Shown: one piece after another, positions 15,701 through 28,100 of the stretch
Numbering within the stretch: the first letter of the stretch is position 1
How the letters are laid out: every line of letters starts with the position of its first letter
Assembly (NCBI RefSeq): GCF_002113885.1
Contig: NW_018408154.1
Location: 906,929-970,928 of the forward strand
Reading direction: 5' to 3'
Source of the DNA: Mizuhopecten yessoensis
Lineage: Eukaryota
Length of the DNA stretch: 64,000 bases
Made by a program: the position numbers and the translations under genes
The notes under the pieces: generated by a model
Databases searched by the model: none
What the model was told of the DNA's origin: nothing
What the model saw: the letters and a program-made list of their open reading frames with translations, nothing else

Positions 15701-16047
15701 AACAGTCTCGAAATTTTGGGAATGTTTGTTTTTCGTGGACATTCCGTCCTAGATGTTAATCTAGTCACTTGGACGGTCAACAGCTGATTTTCATAACTAC
15801 TTAAAGTTTGTTTTAAAACCAATTCACCAGTTCCTGTTACAGAAAACAGTTGGATTTCATTTTCAGGGACGTCTAGCATTATGCCCCTCCCAGTACAGCC
15901 CAGTTTTGTTACGTAGAAACCGCTCGGTACATTGCTGGGGACTTCAATATGTACTTCAATGGCTGATACTCCAATAAACGGAAAAAGAAGAACGACAATA
16001 CCAACCTTAAGTAATCTACACAAAGTTACCTGTATGGCGGTCGCCAT
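628..16047 (-). CDS. Large cadherin (neural/type III classical-cadherin-like), 5' part; continues beyond the left edge
   Basis: Exons 16047-14943, 5656-5474, 5100-4869, 2447-2213 and 736-628 all have GT-AG ends and phases 1,1,2,0,1 that join in frame. Signal peptide MATAIQ...FIGVSA, RNRR site, and cadherin Ca2+-binding motifs LDYD, DVNDEVP, VPENA, YDHE, DVNEYSP. Confidence 0.92.
1231..2156. repeat. 40-bp minisatellite, about 23 copies
   Basis: Unit tgtgagagagaacaagtgttctggtattggtatatcagta. Confidence 0.97.
2213..2447 (-). CDS. Cadherin exon 4
   Basis: tttccag|C...AAT|gtaagt; encodes FSIKDGQLLTLTTYDHEKLPQYKLSLKAKD. Confidence 0.92.
2570..4765. repeat. 21-bp minisatellite, about 100 copies
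   Basis: Unit tacttgtacattRtRtagtWa; homogeneous core near 3980-4330. Confidence 0.97.
4869..5100 (-). CDS. Cadherin exon 3 (absent from the ORF track)
   Basis: tttgcag|GA...AAC|gtaagt; encodes FEIDELTGEIKT...APQFYLPEYFADVPENA. Confidence 0.92.
5474..5656 (-). CDS. Cadherin exon 2
   Basis: tttcag|TG...GAAG|gtaagt; encodes LKVMDVNDEVP...TVTGLDQDQG. Confidence 0.92.
5919..6001. mobile_element. 83-bp MITE with TTAA target duplication (piggyBac-like)
   Basis: TTAA|ctcattcaccactgaa ... ttcaggggtgaatgag|TTAA; 16-bp TIR with 1 mismatch. Confidence 0.75.
7257..7392. repeat. Direct duplication of about 60 bp
   Basis: tctcaccaatagttccggacaatagtcaaccaccacac occurs twice. Confidence 0.85.
8410..8650. 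repeat. Degenerate tandem repeat of about 62 bp, 3-4 copies
   Basis: ataattcaatatccgtatttttctttatatgacacaagaatgatttaaa... Confidence 0.8.
9300..10440. repeat. 28-bp minisatellite with about 56-bp dimeric higher order
   Basis: ttgtaattacaggtccggctacattgWg alternating with ctgtagttacaWaaMtagttactttgtg. Confidence 0.9.
12323..12608. mobile_element. Foldback element with inverted arms of about 130 bp
   Basis: accacagggacctgagaatttgttaca...tgatcatatatacg versus cgtatatatgatca...tgtaacaaattctcaggttcctgtggt. Confidence 0.85.
12639..12903. mobile_element. MITE, PIF/Harbinger-like, CAG target duplication (copy 1)
   Basis: cag|ggcccgtattcatgaa ... ttcacgaatacgggcc|cag. Confidence 0.8.
13370..14705. 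repeat. 23-bp minisatellite, about 57 copies
   Basis: Unit acctgtgtatgttacctacacga; perfect core, divergent flanks. Confidence 0.97.
14943..16047 (-). CDS. Cadherin exon 1 (signal peptide, prodomain, start of first mature repeat)
   Basis: ATG in aagATGGCG context, 368 codons plus 1 nt, donor ACAG|GTAATC at 14942. Confidence 0.9.
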
Positions 16048-17029
16048 CTTGGAATTCTTTAAAGGTGAACCAATCAAATTTTAAAAAATTGTATACAGAC
16101 TCACACCATTAACCTCCAGGTATATAATCCACACAACGAAAACTTAAATAAAACACAGAATCTACATTTTCATAATTAGATCCATCGAAACACAAACGGA
16201 ATAGAAGGACACGGTTGTCTATGCCATGACGAGTCCACGCCTATACAGTTTGATACCAGTGTTGTTGACTAAAGGCCTTATGGCGGAAATGTGTGCTGTA
16301 TTGATATATCCCAGGTATGCACTACAGCGCGTCGCCGCTCAGGTGTTAGAAGTCAGCCCCAGTGCTCAAACGCTCGATGACTAATCACTCGATCATATAA
16401 ATATAATTTTACCTTTTCCTTATACCTAATCCGGGTATTACGGTTTGCAAGTTTAAACTTCCGATCCGGCGCACACTAGCGGTATGACAGTCGCTCATAC
16501 ATGTATATGTGTATTATTAAAGGTGTGTAAGGGTAGCGGACATATTCTATTTATAGAAATGCCATGAATGCTAATAAAGCCTTAGGACGCATGCCCTAAC
16601 TAACAAATCGATCCGGGTAAACCGTCTCCAAAAGTTTTGATGACTAATTCATGTGAATCAAAGGAAGGAGCGTACCTGTAGTTTTAACCTGTGGTAAATA
16701 TACCTGATGGGCATGTTACCTGTGTGCGTGTACAAAATGTATAGGTAGCGTTGATGTGATTGTTTATAAAGTCTTATCGAAACATCCGCTAGTTGAAGTT
16801 TACTTGATAATCCCGAGGACAGCTAGGGACACCACAGACACTACACTCGTGTGCCTGACTAGTGGGCGTGTAACGGTCCGCTGACAACGTATACACACAT
16901 CCAAATTATTATAGACTTAGTAATAAAACGATGACGAAGGTAATCAACGGTACAGTATTATACATAGTTTACTACCGGGATCGTTAATCAGCTACAAAGA
17001 TAGTTTTATTACATTACCAATTTACCATT

Positions 17030-18460
17030 ACAGTGTAACAATACAAATTAAACGTTTGTTACAATGTAACAATACAAATTAAACATTTGTTACCTTGCTA
17101 CAATACAATGTAAACGTTTGTTACAATGTAACAATACAAATCAAACATTTGTTACATTGTTACAATACAATGTTAACATTTGTTACAATGTGACACTACA
17201 ATGTAAACGTTTGTTACAATGTAACACTACAATGTAAACGTTTGTTACAATGTAACAATACAAATTGAACGTTTGCTACAATGTAACAATACAATGAACG
17301 TTTTGTAACCTGTAACAATACAATGTAAACGTATTGTTACATATTTTGTCACACCAAGGAAAAGCCCAAACGTTCGCTAGACGTAAATAATACAAACTAA
17401 CGCTCGGACCTCTGACACAGTAACAATACAAACTAACGCTCGGACCTCTGACACAGTAACAATATGAACTACCGTTTGTTACACTTAATCAATACAAACT
17501 GACGTTCAGACCTGTGACACAGTAACAATATGAACTACCGCTTGTTACACTGTAACAATACAAACTAACGCTCGGACCTGTGACACAGTGACAATATGAA
17601 CTACCGTTTGTTACACTGTAACAATACAAACTGACGTTCAGACATGTGACACAGTAACAATATTAACTACCGTTTGTTACACTGTAACAAAACAAACTGA
17701 TGTTCGGACCTGTGACACAGTAACAATATGAACTACCGTTTGTTACACTTAAACAATACAAACTGACGTTCAGACCTGTGACACAGTAACAATATTAACT
17801 ACCGTTTGTTACACTGTAACAATACAAACTGATGTTCGGACCTGTGACACAGTAACAATATGAACTACCGTTTGTTACACTGTAACAATACAAACTGTCG
17901 TTCAGACCTGTGACACAAGAACAATATGAACTACCGTTTGTTACACTTAAACAATACAAACTGACATTCGGACCTGTGACACAGTAACAATATGAACTAC
18001 CGTTTGTTACCCTGTAACAATACAAACTGACGTTCGGACCTGTGACACAGTAACAATATGAACTACCGCTTGTTACACTGTAACAATACAAACTGATGTT
18101 CGGACCTGTGACACAGTAACAATATGAACTACCGTTTGTTACACTTAAACAATACAAAACGTCAGTTACAATGTAGCAACATATGCAAATGTTTGTTACG
18201 CCACGGAAAAAATAAAAGTTTGTTACACTGTAGGAATACCATATCATTATTTGTTACAATATCGATTCAATATAAACTTTGTTACAATGTAACAATACAA
18301 TGAACGTTTGTTACTACGTAACATTACAATGAACGTCTGTTACAATGTTACATTACAATGAACGTCTGTTACAATGAACGTCTGTTACTACGTAACATTA
18401 CAATGAACGTCTGTTACAATGTTACATTACAATGAACGTCTGTTACGATGTTACAATACA
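17030..18460. repeat. Composite minisatellite (about 28-30-bp units; about 60-bp dimer at 17390-18160)
   Basis: aacgtttgttacaatgtaacaataca variants and ggacctgtgacacagtaacaatatgaactaccgtttgttacactgtaacaatacaaactga. Confidence 0.9.
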
Positions 18461-19423
18461 GACTTAGTGTTTATTACATTATTTTTATACATTATACAAA
18501 GTTTAATGCTTATAACATTACAAAATACAAACTCGTCTTACAATGTATTAATAAAACCTACAGTATGGTTATGGTAGACTGTAAATATTATGTAACACCT
18601 TGTCTCCGTTAAGTGTCAGACATTCTCGAACGCCAGATAATACCAGGTGAGCACAGGTAAAGAGCTGGGTTATCAATGCTTGAGTTGTATAATAAAGAAC
18701 ATATCTTACATACCTAGCTGTCAGTATGTTTAGCGAGTGAGTAATGCTACAGGATATGTATTTTTTATTCGGTGTGACTACCTTATAACGTATATAAATT
18801 TAACGTTGTCTTTTCTCCTCAGCGCGTCTACAATATTTCTTTCAAAACGTGTACGACTTCAAAGTCTCCACACCTTTACACCCATACGTACACGGGATTA
18901 CTCAATATGTTACGTCACATTGCCAACGATCAGGTCAAACTGCACGTAATTCTCTGATCGGGGCGCCTCCCTATTGATGAACATAGATAGTGAGTTTCAG
19001 TCTGATAATATTGATACTACAAATACCAGGTGTTCATTCGTTTTCCTCGTTGTTTTAAGTCTATATGCTTGTTAGTCAGTGTTAGTTACCAACTTATTTG
19101 TTTTAACTTAGTAATATGCTGTCGTGAAATATTGATTCATAATTCGGATTGTTAGTACTACATTTATTCATAGATTTAGTAATATGTAATCGCTGTGTTT
19201 GAACTAATATATAGGATGATATATTCGCATTAAGTTGCAAATTATTGAAATAATACTAGCTACCAGTCATTAATATTTGCGTTAATTTTCAATTAAAGGT
19301 ATAACATTTCTACATACTATTGCATTATTATTTATTATACATATATGTATATATAGTAATAACGAGCTATTTCCATCAGTCCACGTGTTCTTATAATTAC
19401 ATTAAATAAATGTTTTTGTGCCA

Positions 19424-20335
19424 TAACGACGTATACTTATTACAGGTGTATAACGACGTATACTTATTACAGGTGTATAACGACGTATACTTATCACATG
19501 TGTATAACGACGTGAACTTATTACAGGTGTATACCGACGTGTACTTATTACATGTGTATAACGACGTATACTTATTACATGTGTATAACGACGTGTACTT
19601 ATTACAGGTGTATAACGACGTATACCTATTACAGGTGTATAACGACGTATACTTATTACAGGTGTATAACGACGTATACTTATTACAGGTGTATAACGAC
19701 GTATACTTATTACAGGTGTATAACGACGTATACTTATTACAGGTGTATAACGACGTATACTTATTACAGGTGTATAACGACGTATACTTATTACAGGTGT
19801 ATAACGACGTATACTTATTACAGGTGTATAACGACGTATACTTATTACAGGTGTATAACGACGTATACTTATTACAGGTGTATAACGACGTATACTTATT
19901 ACAGGTGTATAACGACGTATACTTATTACAGGTGTATAACGACGTATACTTATTACAGGTGTATAACGACGTATACTTATTACAGGTGTATAACGACGTA
20001 TACTTATTACAGGTGTATAACGACGTATACTTATTACAGGTGTATAACGACGTATACTTATTACAGGTGTATAACGACGTATACTTATTACAGGTGTATA
20101 ACGACGTATACTTATTACAGGTGTATAACGACGTATACTTATTACAGGTGTATAACGACGTATACTTATTACAGGTGTATAACGACGTATACTTATTACA
20201 GGTGTATAACGACGTATACTTATTACAGGTGTATAACGACGTATACTTATTACAGGTGTATAACGACGTATGCTTATTACAGGTGTATAACGACGTATAC
20301 TTATTACAGGTGTATAATGACGTTTACTTATCACA
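19424..20335. repeat. 27-bp minisatellite, about 33 copies
   Basis: Unit acgacgtatacttattacaggtgtata. Confidence 0.97.
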
Positions 20336-21719
20336 GTTGTATATGACATTATATGAAAAAGTAGTTGTAATATTGATGCTCCAGAGGATTTTGGACATTG
20401 TTTATAAAATAACAAACTATAATTTAATCATACAATTAACAACATAAAATAAAATACAAAAAGCGTTACGATTACTATTTTCAGTATCAAAGAAATTATA
20501 ACCCACCCGCAAACAACAAACAAATGTAAAAAGGATAAAAATGGGGGGGGGGGGGCACTTCGTTCGGGCATCAAGAATGGCCAGGTGCCGCTAGTTAACT
20601 AACTTAGGATTGTACATGATACATTACAAAAAGAAGTGGATGTTTAATAATGCTTTGAAATGCAGCATTATTGTAATATACCAGTGCGGAATGTGATTTA
20701 CATCCGGTCCCTCGAATCTGTGCGTCACTTCATCACTTAAACATTATAAGGTACTGTACAATTAGTATCCGCTAATTTATTTGTCTCTGTGATATGACAT
20801 TTGGCATGCAATTTATTGCAAGTATTTGTGATTAAACTCTTTTAAGCAAGGAATGAATAATTTACAAGTCTTTGTTAAGCTACCTGGCTTGATAAGACGT
20901 ATACCTGAAAGGTCTCTATACATTTTGTAGTACAAAACCAATACAGACATCAACCGGAAATAATGTGTGTGTTTGTGCTGCTGACCTCACAGGTCAGAAC
21001 AGGGGCCCTGTCGTGTGCTGACTCACCTGTAAATTACCTTTGATTAATTACAAAACAAGCACATGTCTACTGTATGAGATAAGCACAATCTTATCTAGTA
21101 CCGCGGTTGTCTGCGCAGGTGCGTGGATTTGATTTGAAATGTCCGTTGATACAATTGTTAGTCTGCTACTGAGATATTTTGGTATATAAATTAAAACTGC
21201 ACCTTCACAGGTTAACATTGGCTAAACTTTGGCTCATATTCCAAACAATGTTTCTCAATGATATTAACCAGAGACGTATAAACCCATATATATATAGTAT
21301 ATACATTTGTACGTCTCTCTGTTACTTAAACGTGACAACTGCTAAAATATCTTCGAAAATGTTTAACGTTTACATTTCTATCGCCAATGAACTTTGTCCC
21401 GAATCCATCATTGGTAAGGAATAACAATTCTATCATGACGTTCACAATCGATCACAGTTGACTGTTGATAAACTAAGTCGATGACAAACACAGCATGGGA
21501 CGAGTTGTTTCCCTTACATCAGAATCTTTCGAAACTTTTAGTCCTAACAAGAGCGATAACTCTTACTACGTCGATGAACGTTTTTTTTTCAAATAAAGAT
21601 TGAAAATCATAAGAAAGGAGCACAGTGATGTTTTCCCGTTAGTCAATATTATTAATGTATATAGAATTTAAAAATAGTTATGAGGGAAGAAGGAGAAACT
21701 CATCAGTACCTAATACTCT

Positions 21720-22230
21720 CGACTAGTGTAAGGACAGATACTGTGACTAGTGTGGTGACACAGGTACTGTGACTAGTGTGAGGACAGGTACTGTGACAAG
21801 TGTGAGGACAGGGACTGTGACTAGTGTGAGGACATGTCCTGTGTCTAGTTTGAGGACAGGTACTGTGACTAGGGTGAGGACAGGTACTGTGACTAGTGGG
21901 AGGACAGGTACTGTGACTAGTCTGAGGACAGGTACTGTGACTAGGGTGAGGACAGGTACTGTGACTCGTGTGAGGACAGGTACTGTGAGTAGTGTGAGGA
22001 CAGGTACTGTGCCTAGTGTGAGGACAGGTACTGTGAATAGTGTGAGGACAGGTACTGTGAATAGTGTGAGGACAGGTACTGTGACCAGTGTGAGGACAGG
22101 TACTGTGACTAGGGTGAGGACAGGTACTGTGACTGGTGTGAGGACAGGTACTGTGACTAGTGTGAGGACAGGTACTGTGACTAGTGTGAGGTACTGTGAC
22201 TAGTTGGAGGACAGTTAGTGACTAGTGTGA
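21720..22230. repeat. 24-bp minisatellite, about 20 copies
   Basis: Unit gtgtgaggacaggtactgtgacta. Confidence 0.95.
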
Positions 22231-22537
22231 AAGTTGTAACTAATTCTCCACATGTCGATCCCACCAGAAGAAGAAACACGGAAAGACAATCAAATAAAGA
22301 GGGTAAAAATGAAGCATCCACATTCTTATAACAAAGAGGACTGGGAGCTCAACACGTGACCCTAATTTTAGAGGCTCTGTATCGTGCTGGAAGTTTGACT
22401 GGTTGTGCTGCAGCTGTGCTGAAGGGGTAAGAGGAGCTTACAAAGAGAGATCTCTACAGTGTGCTGCCAGAGGGAACGACGACACTATTTCTGACACAGT
22501 TCTTTAGGAGGATGTCGTAAGGCTTACCTAAAGATGG

Positions 22538-23719
22538 CAATCAAATCTACTGACATACAGGGTTCACCCTGGACCTAAACAATCAAATCTACTGACATAC
22601 AGGGTTCACCCTGGACCTAAACAATCAAATCTACTGACATACAGGGTTCACCCTGGACCTAAACAATCAAATCTACTGACATACAGGGTTCACCCTGGAC
22701 CTAAACAATCAAATCTACTGACATACAGGGTTCACCCTGGACCTAAACAATCAAATCTACTGACATACAGGGTTCACCCTGGACCTAAACAATCAAATCT
22801 ACTGACATACAGGGTTCACCCTGGACCTAAACAATCAAATCTACTGACATACAGGGTTCACCCTGGACCTAAACAATCAAATCTACTGACATACAGGGTT
22901 CACCCTGGACCTAAACAATCAAATCTACTGACATACAGGGTTCACCCTGGACCTAAACAATCAAATCTACTGACATACAGGGTTCACCCTGGACCTAAAC
23001 AATCAAATCTACTGACATACAGGGTTCACCCTGGACCTAAACAATCAAATCTACTGACATACAGGGTTCACCCTGGACCTAAACAATCAAATCTACTGAC
23101 ATACAGGGTTCACCCTGGACCTAAACAATCAAATCTACTGACATACAGGGTTCACCCTGGACCTAAACAATCAAATCTACTGACATACAGGGTTCACCCT
23201 GGACCTAAACAATCAAATCTACTGACATACAGGGTTCACCCTGGACCTAAACAATCAAATCTACTGACATACAGGGTTCACCCTGGACCTAAACAATCAA
23301 ATCTACTGACATACAGGGTTCACCCTGGACCTAAACAATCAAATCTACTGACATACAGGGTTCACCCTGGACCTAAACAATCAAATCTACTGACATACAG
23401 GGTTCACCCTGGACCTAAACAATCAAATCTACTGACATACAGGGTTCACCCTGGACCTAAACAATCAAATCTACTGACATACAGGGTTCACCCTGGACCT
23501 AAACAATCAAATCTACTGACATACAGGGTTCACCCTGGACCTAAACAATCAAATCTACTGACATACAGGGTTCACCCTGGACCTAAACAATCAAATCTAC
23601 TGACATACAGGGTTCACCCTGGACCTAAACAATCAAATCTACTGACATACAGGGTTCACCCTGGACCTAAACAATCAAATCTACTGACATACAGGGTTCA
23701 CCCTGGACCTAAACAATCA
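22538..23719. repeat. 42-bp tandem array, 28 copies with no mismatch seen
   Basis: Unit caatcaaatctactgacatacagggttcaccctggacctaaa; 22538-23713 = 1176 bp = 28 x 42. Confidence 0.97.
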
Positions 23720-24020
23720 GTAGACAAAAAGGAAGCTATGTGTGATTTTCAGTAGACTTTTGATTTAAACAGTGGCCATACTTTCTCGGCCGCCAACCGT
23801 TATGGATGGACCCTCCATTAAAAGCACACACCATTCCAGTCTGATAACGAAAATACAGTGTATATGTCACATGAGTCCAAACGATAGGGATAATTTTGAA
23901 ACGCTCCGTTTAGCAGACGAACAAAGAGGGAGAAAAATTTCGAAGATAGGCCTATATAAGAATTACCAAAAGTGTAAGACCGTGACAATCCTGACTCTCA
24001 CAGCTGCGGGAGTGCCGTCT

Positions 24021-24880
24021 CGATGTGATTTTAGGAAGATGAATCAATTAACAAGCCTTTTTCATGCATTGGGGACACATTAGATGGTTTTTCTTGAGCA
24101 GAGTGATTTAGTTCACTTGACCTCAAGTCTGGATTTTGACAAGAATGATTTGCTAAGGTAGCAAAGGAAACGACAGCGGTCTCTATTTGCAGTTATCTAC
24201 GATATTATCCTGGCATGGCCTTTGGTCTTAGTAAAAGTCTAAGTACAATTGAGCGCCTTTATATCGAAACGATATAACTTGAGTTAACTTGGAAGCCGTG
24301 CTTCGTGTATCTAGACAAAGTCCTCTACAGTTTGGGGAAGGCAGATTTAAACTTGAGTGCTTACTTACTTACTTACTTACTTACTCAGCCTTTTGTTCTG
24401 GTAGTGCGAACTTTCGTTTTCTTTACCCTTTTGTGTCATAAGTGATTCTATGTGAATGTACTGATATCATTTAACTTTCCTGTCATATACATGTAGATTT
24501 AATTAACCAGCTGGTATCCTACATAATTTGTGATTTATTATGTTGTATATAATATTGTTTACATGTCAGCTGTTAACCGTCCATATTGTGTACGTAATAT
24601 GTATATAGTATATGTTTACAGGGCCATATTGTAAACTAGAAAAATGTCTAAATACGTTACCCTGACTAAATACAAGAATTTATTATTGTTTAGTGAATTG
24701 AAATGTAATTTGTAACAAAAACAGATATTCTTTTTGGTGCATTAAGCAAGCAAAAAGAACCTCTCCAGAGATTGACGAAGGCAGATTTAAACTTGAATGC
24801 AAAGCGATATAATTTTTTATTAGAACAGATAGCCTTTTTTGTTCATTTAGCTAATAACTTTGGAGTTGCTACTGAGAAAA
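24021..24880 (+). mobile_element. Decayed Ty3/Gypsy reverse transcriptase relic
   Basis: Ordered broken motifs RCDFRKMNQLT, FSSLDLKSGF*Q, MAFGLS..STIERL, WKPCFVYLD, LQRLTKADLNLNAK...FGVATEK; stops, frameshifts and an insertion of about 400 bp. Confidence 0.8.
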
Positions 24881-26115
24881 AAATGCTAGTTGGTAAAAGC
24901 GTGGCGAATGCCGAACAATGTGAAGGAGGTGAGGAGCTATTCAGGACTGTGCACATATTATCGAAAACTTGCACAACAACAGTTTGCCAATATAGCACCT
25001 CTACACCGTGTGAAAGAAAATGGACCATGTTTTTCGGTGCACAATTGAATGCCAAGGAAATATGTTCATGGATGTCTTCGAAAAAAGCACAGGGAGAATA
25101 AGACATGATGTTCGGGAAAGGAAGGCGTCTTAATCGTCATCAACGACACCAGATCAGAGAATCGGATTGGTAGTTATGATACTGTATATATCACAAGTGT
25201 TGCAATATAAATGGTTACATTTAGCATAAATCACAAGATGTTCAAATATCCGAATGTTTGACGTGCCATAGCAGTGTTTATTAAGAGGATATGGTCTTAA
25301 TTAATAATGATACAGTGTATGTTTTAAGTGTTCAATCTTGTCAAAGACGTGGCTGACTACTGACTATGACATGTACTTATCTTGACATTGTAAATAATTA
25401 CACTCTATATGCTATTATTCTTGATTGTAACAGTTGTTGGTAGCAGTGACCTATGCGATATATGCACATGGACTTTTCTACCAATAACTGTCTATGATAG
25501 TGTATATATATGCTGAAATTAATGTATTTGTACATGTACTTGTTTGTGTGTGTAAGTGTGTATGAGATGTGTGAGATGTTTCCTTCATGAGTTACTTCCC
25601 CTTATCCTTGTGTAAATATGAATTATTTTGTGCTAAATATTTCCTTTCCAACATGTCTAAAGTATTATGTATCATTGTTTATTCTACTTTGGCCATTTAA
25701 CGGAGATAATTTATATAGACTTTGCCTGTTATTCTATCATATTGACTATGAAATCCTAGTTATCATTGATTACGTGTAAAGCACGTGGTTAGAAATACAT
25801 GATATTGAAATCGATTTCTATTGATTGTTTAGCTTGGCAATACTTACGCTTGAAGTCAGATTTAAGTGAACTGAAATCAAAAACGTTGAGAAGAAGACTT
25901 CATTATGTTCCACATTCATTGGATTACTAGAAAATAGATATGTGTGCACTATATTAAAAATGGTTAAAATACTTAAACTATTTTTGATATAGTGCACACA
26001 TATATACATACCAGTAAACGTTTTAAACAATGAATTAAATCAAACACGACTGAATTAATTGAATAGGACCGCCTCTCTTCACCCTTCCCACCTCTCTATA
26101 CGTCTGTGTCACTCC

Positions 26116-26132
26116 CTCTCTCTCTCTCCCAC

Positions 26133-26197
<65 letters not shown>
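26116..26197. repeat. (CT)n microsatellite
   Basis: Direct reading. Confidence 0.95.
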
Positions 26198-26198
<1 letters not shown>

Positions 26199-27941
26199 GC
26201 ACCCCTTTCAAATTAAATTACTGAGAGAAAAGTATTTGGTTTTTGCAAACCGTTCACCCATTCTTGGTTTAACTTATATATATATATTGATGTATTGTCG
26301 CTTTTTAAATGTTTTGTGTAATAACTGTTGAGGAGAGGGCTTTGATAATGTTGTGAAAACTTGTGCCCGATCCTATTGCTGTAAAAATAAAAAGCAATAC
26401 AATATGTTTGAACGAAATATCTGACTGTCACTTAGTTTGGCTTCTCGGTAATATGGATTTTTTTTACAAAATACTCACACTTTCTTCATTATTGGATTCT
26501 GACAATATCATATTGGATACTAATGTTCTCACAAAGGGAGACATGGATTTACGTATTGTGTTCTCTCTTGTGTATCATTAATTTCCTGCAGTTCTAGTGT
26601 AACTGGTTAGTATGGCACTGTGTGTAGTGACAGTGACTTTGAAGTGCCCTAACCGAACTCTAGCTCTACCCTGGTAAAATCTCTGATATTCCAATTAGAC
26701 TGCTAATCTCTATGTATGTATATATATAACTGGCTTATTGGTTCGGCCTACCCTTAATTGTATCTACCTAAACCTAATATGTTACATCTTCTATTTATAT
26801 GTAGTATATGGTTGAAATGTATGTCTTTTCTATATGGAAAGGGCTTTTATAGACAATGACTGTGTCTAATCCTATTGTTAATTGCAACAATAGAATAATT
26901 TTCTTCATCATTGGATTCAAATAGAAACAATTTCAATACACTTTGACTTAAAATGAGTATGAAAATACTGATTGATTTGTAACTACTGACAGAACGAGTC
27001 TAACGTCATTCTCCTGATATGGCATAGGTGTCGACGTTATAACCGTACTTCACTAGCCATAGATAGAAGATTTTCTCAAGCGCTTGATTTCATATTAGTG
27101 TTTTAGGATTCCTGGTACTATCCATGGTGTGTGTAATAAAACGATGTAAGGATTTTGTAAATCGATGCAATATTCCCTTTATATTTGTTTTTCAAAAATG
27201 CTGAAATCCAATTAAGCGTTATACTGTATGTTTGTTGGCGGAAGGTTATTTGGTAATCCGGAGCATATTGTGACCTCATGGTTTGGTGAGCTCAGTGCAA
27301 ATTATTCTCATTGCATAAAACTGAAACAGGAAAGTTTTAAAATATATTTTGAGATTTCTTGGAAATTTTCTTTAACTCTTTATGACTCATGTAGATGTAT
27401 AATTTCCTTAAGCATACTTTACCAGCCAAAGTAAGATTACGTACCCTGATAAAGAATACAGAAGGGCACACAAGACAATAGACTCGCTTATTGCACGACC
27501 AAGGAAGAATTTCAGCGTATTGTTCAGCTATATTATACATAAGGAAATACATATCAGTTAGTGATCGTTTATGTGCGGGTGTCTATTTCATCTACGTGCC
27601 TATTGTTGTTACGAGAACTGGGCGTGAACACCACAACAGACTAGGTATGTCACAATTTAGTTTGCTTAACTTGCAAGTCATTGGTTGATCTCAATGAACG
27701 AACTTGTGCAGACAGATCGCTACATGTAACGTACGAAAGATATAATTTGATGTTGTGCAAATGTTTGCTTTGTTCGGTTAACGCCTTATTAACAGCTAAG
27801 TTCATTAAGAACATGTATCCATATGTGTAATGTATGCATTGGTGAAGGAGGCGATATGTTGGTGTCATCCCCCCTCGATCTGATGGCGAATTAAGAGTGC
27901 TAATTCACTGATACACCGCATACATTATAGTAATTCACCAG

Positions 27942-28100
27942 GGCCCGTATACCTGAAACAGCTATCATGCTCAAGCATGGATCCTATGCTCAAACCAGCT
28001 TCCTCGTAACTCACTTAAATCATGTGACACAGTAACAATGTCAAGTGCAAACATTTTTAAATCAGAGTTTGAGCATGTGAAAGCTTCATGAATACGGGCC
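27942..28100. mobile_element. MITE, same family as 12639-12903 (shorter copy)
   Basis: cag|ggcccgtatacctgaa...catgctcaagcatggat...ttcatgaatacgggcc|cag. Confidence 0.8.

Noticed and set aside
16048-16077. ORF-track start of the cadherin at 16077
   Set aside because: Non-ATG start; ATG 16047 has a strong context and directly precedes the signal peptide.
19402-22203. Repetitive ORFs (YNDVYLLQV, TSVRTGTV)
   Set aside because: Artefacts of the 27-bp and 24-bp tandem repeats; no unique coding flanks or splice support.
22538-23719. CRISPR-like array (hairpin-containing repeat)
   Set aside because: Units are contiguous and identical with no spacers, there are no cas genes, and the context is eukaryotic. 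The same applies to the other arrays.
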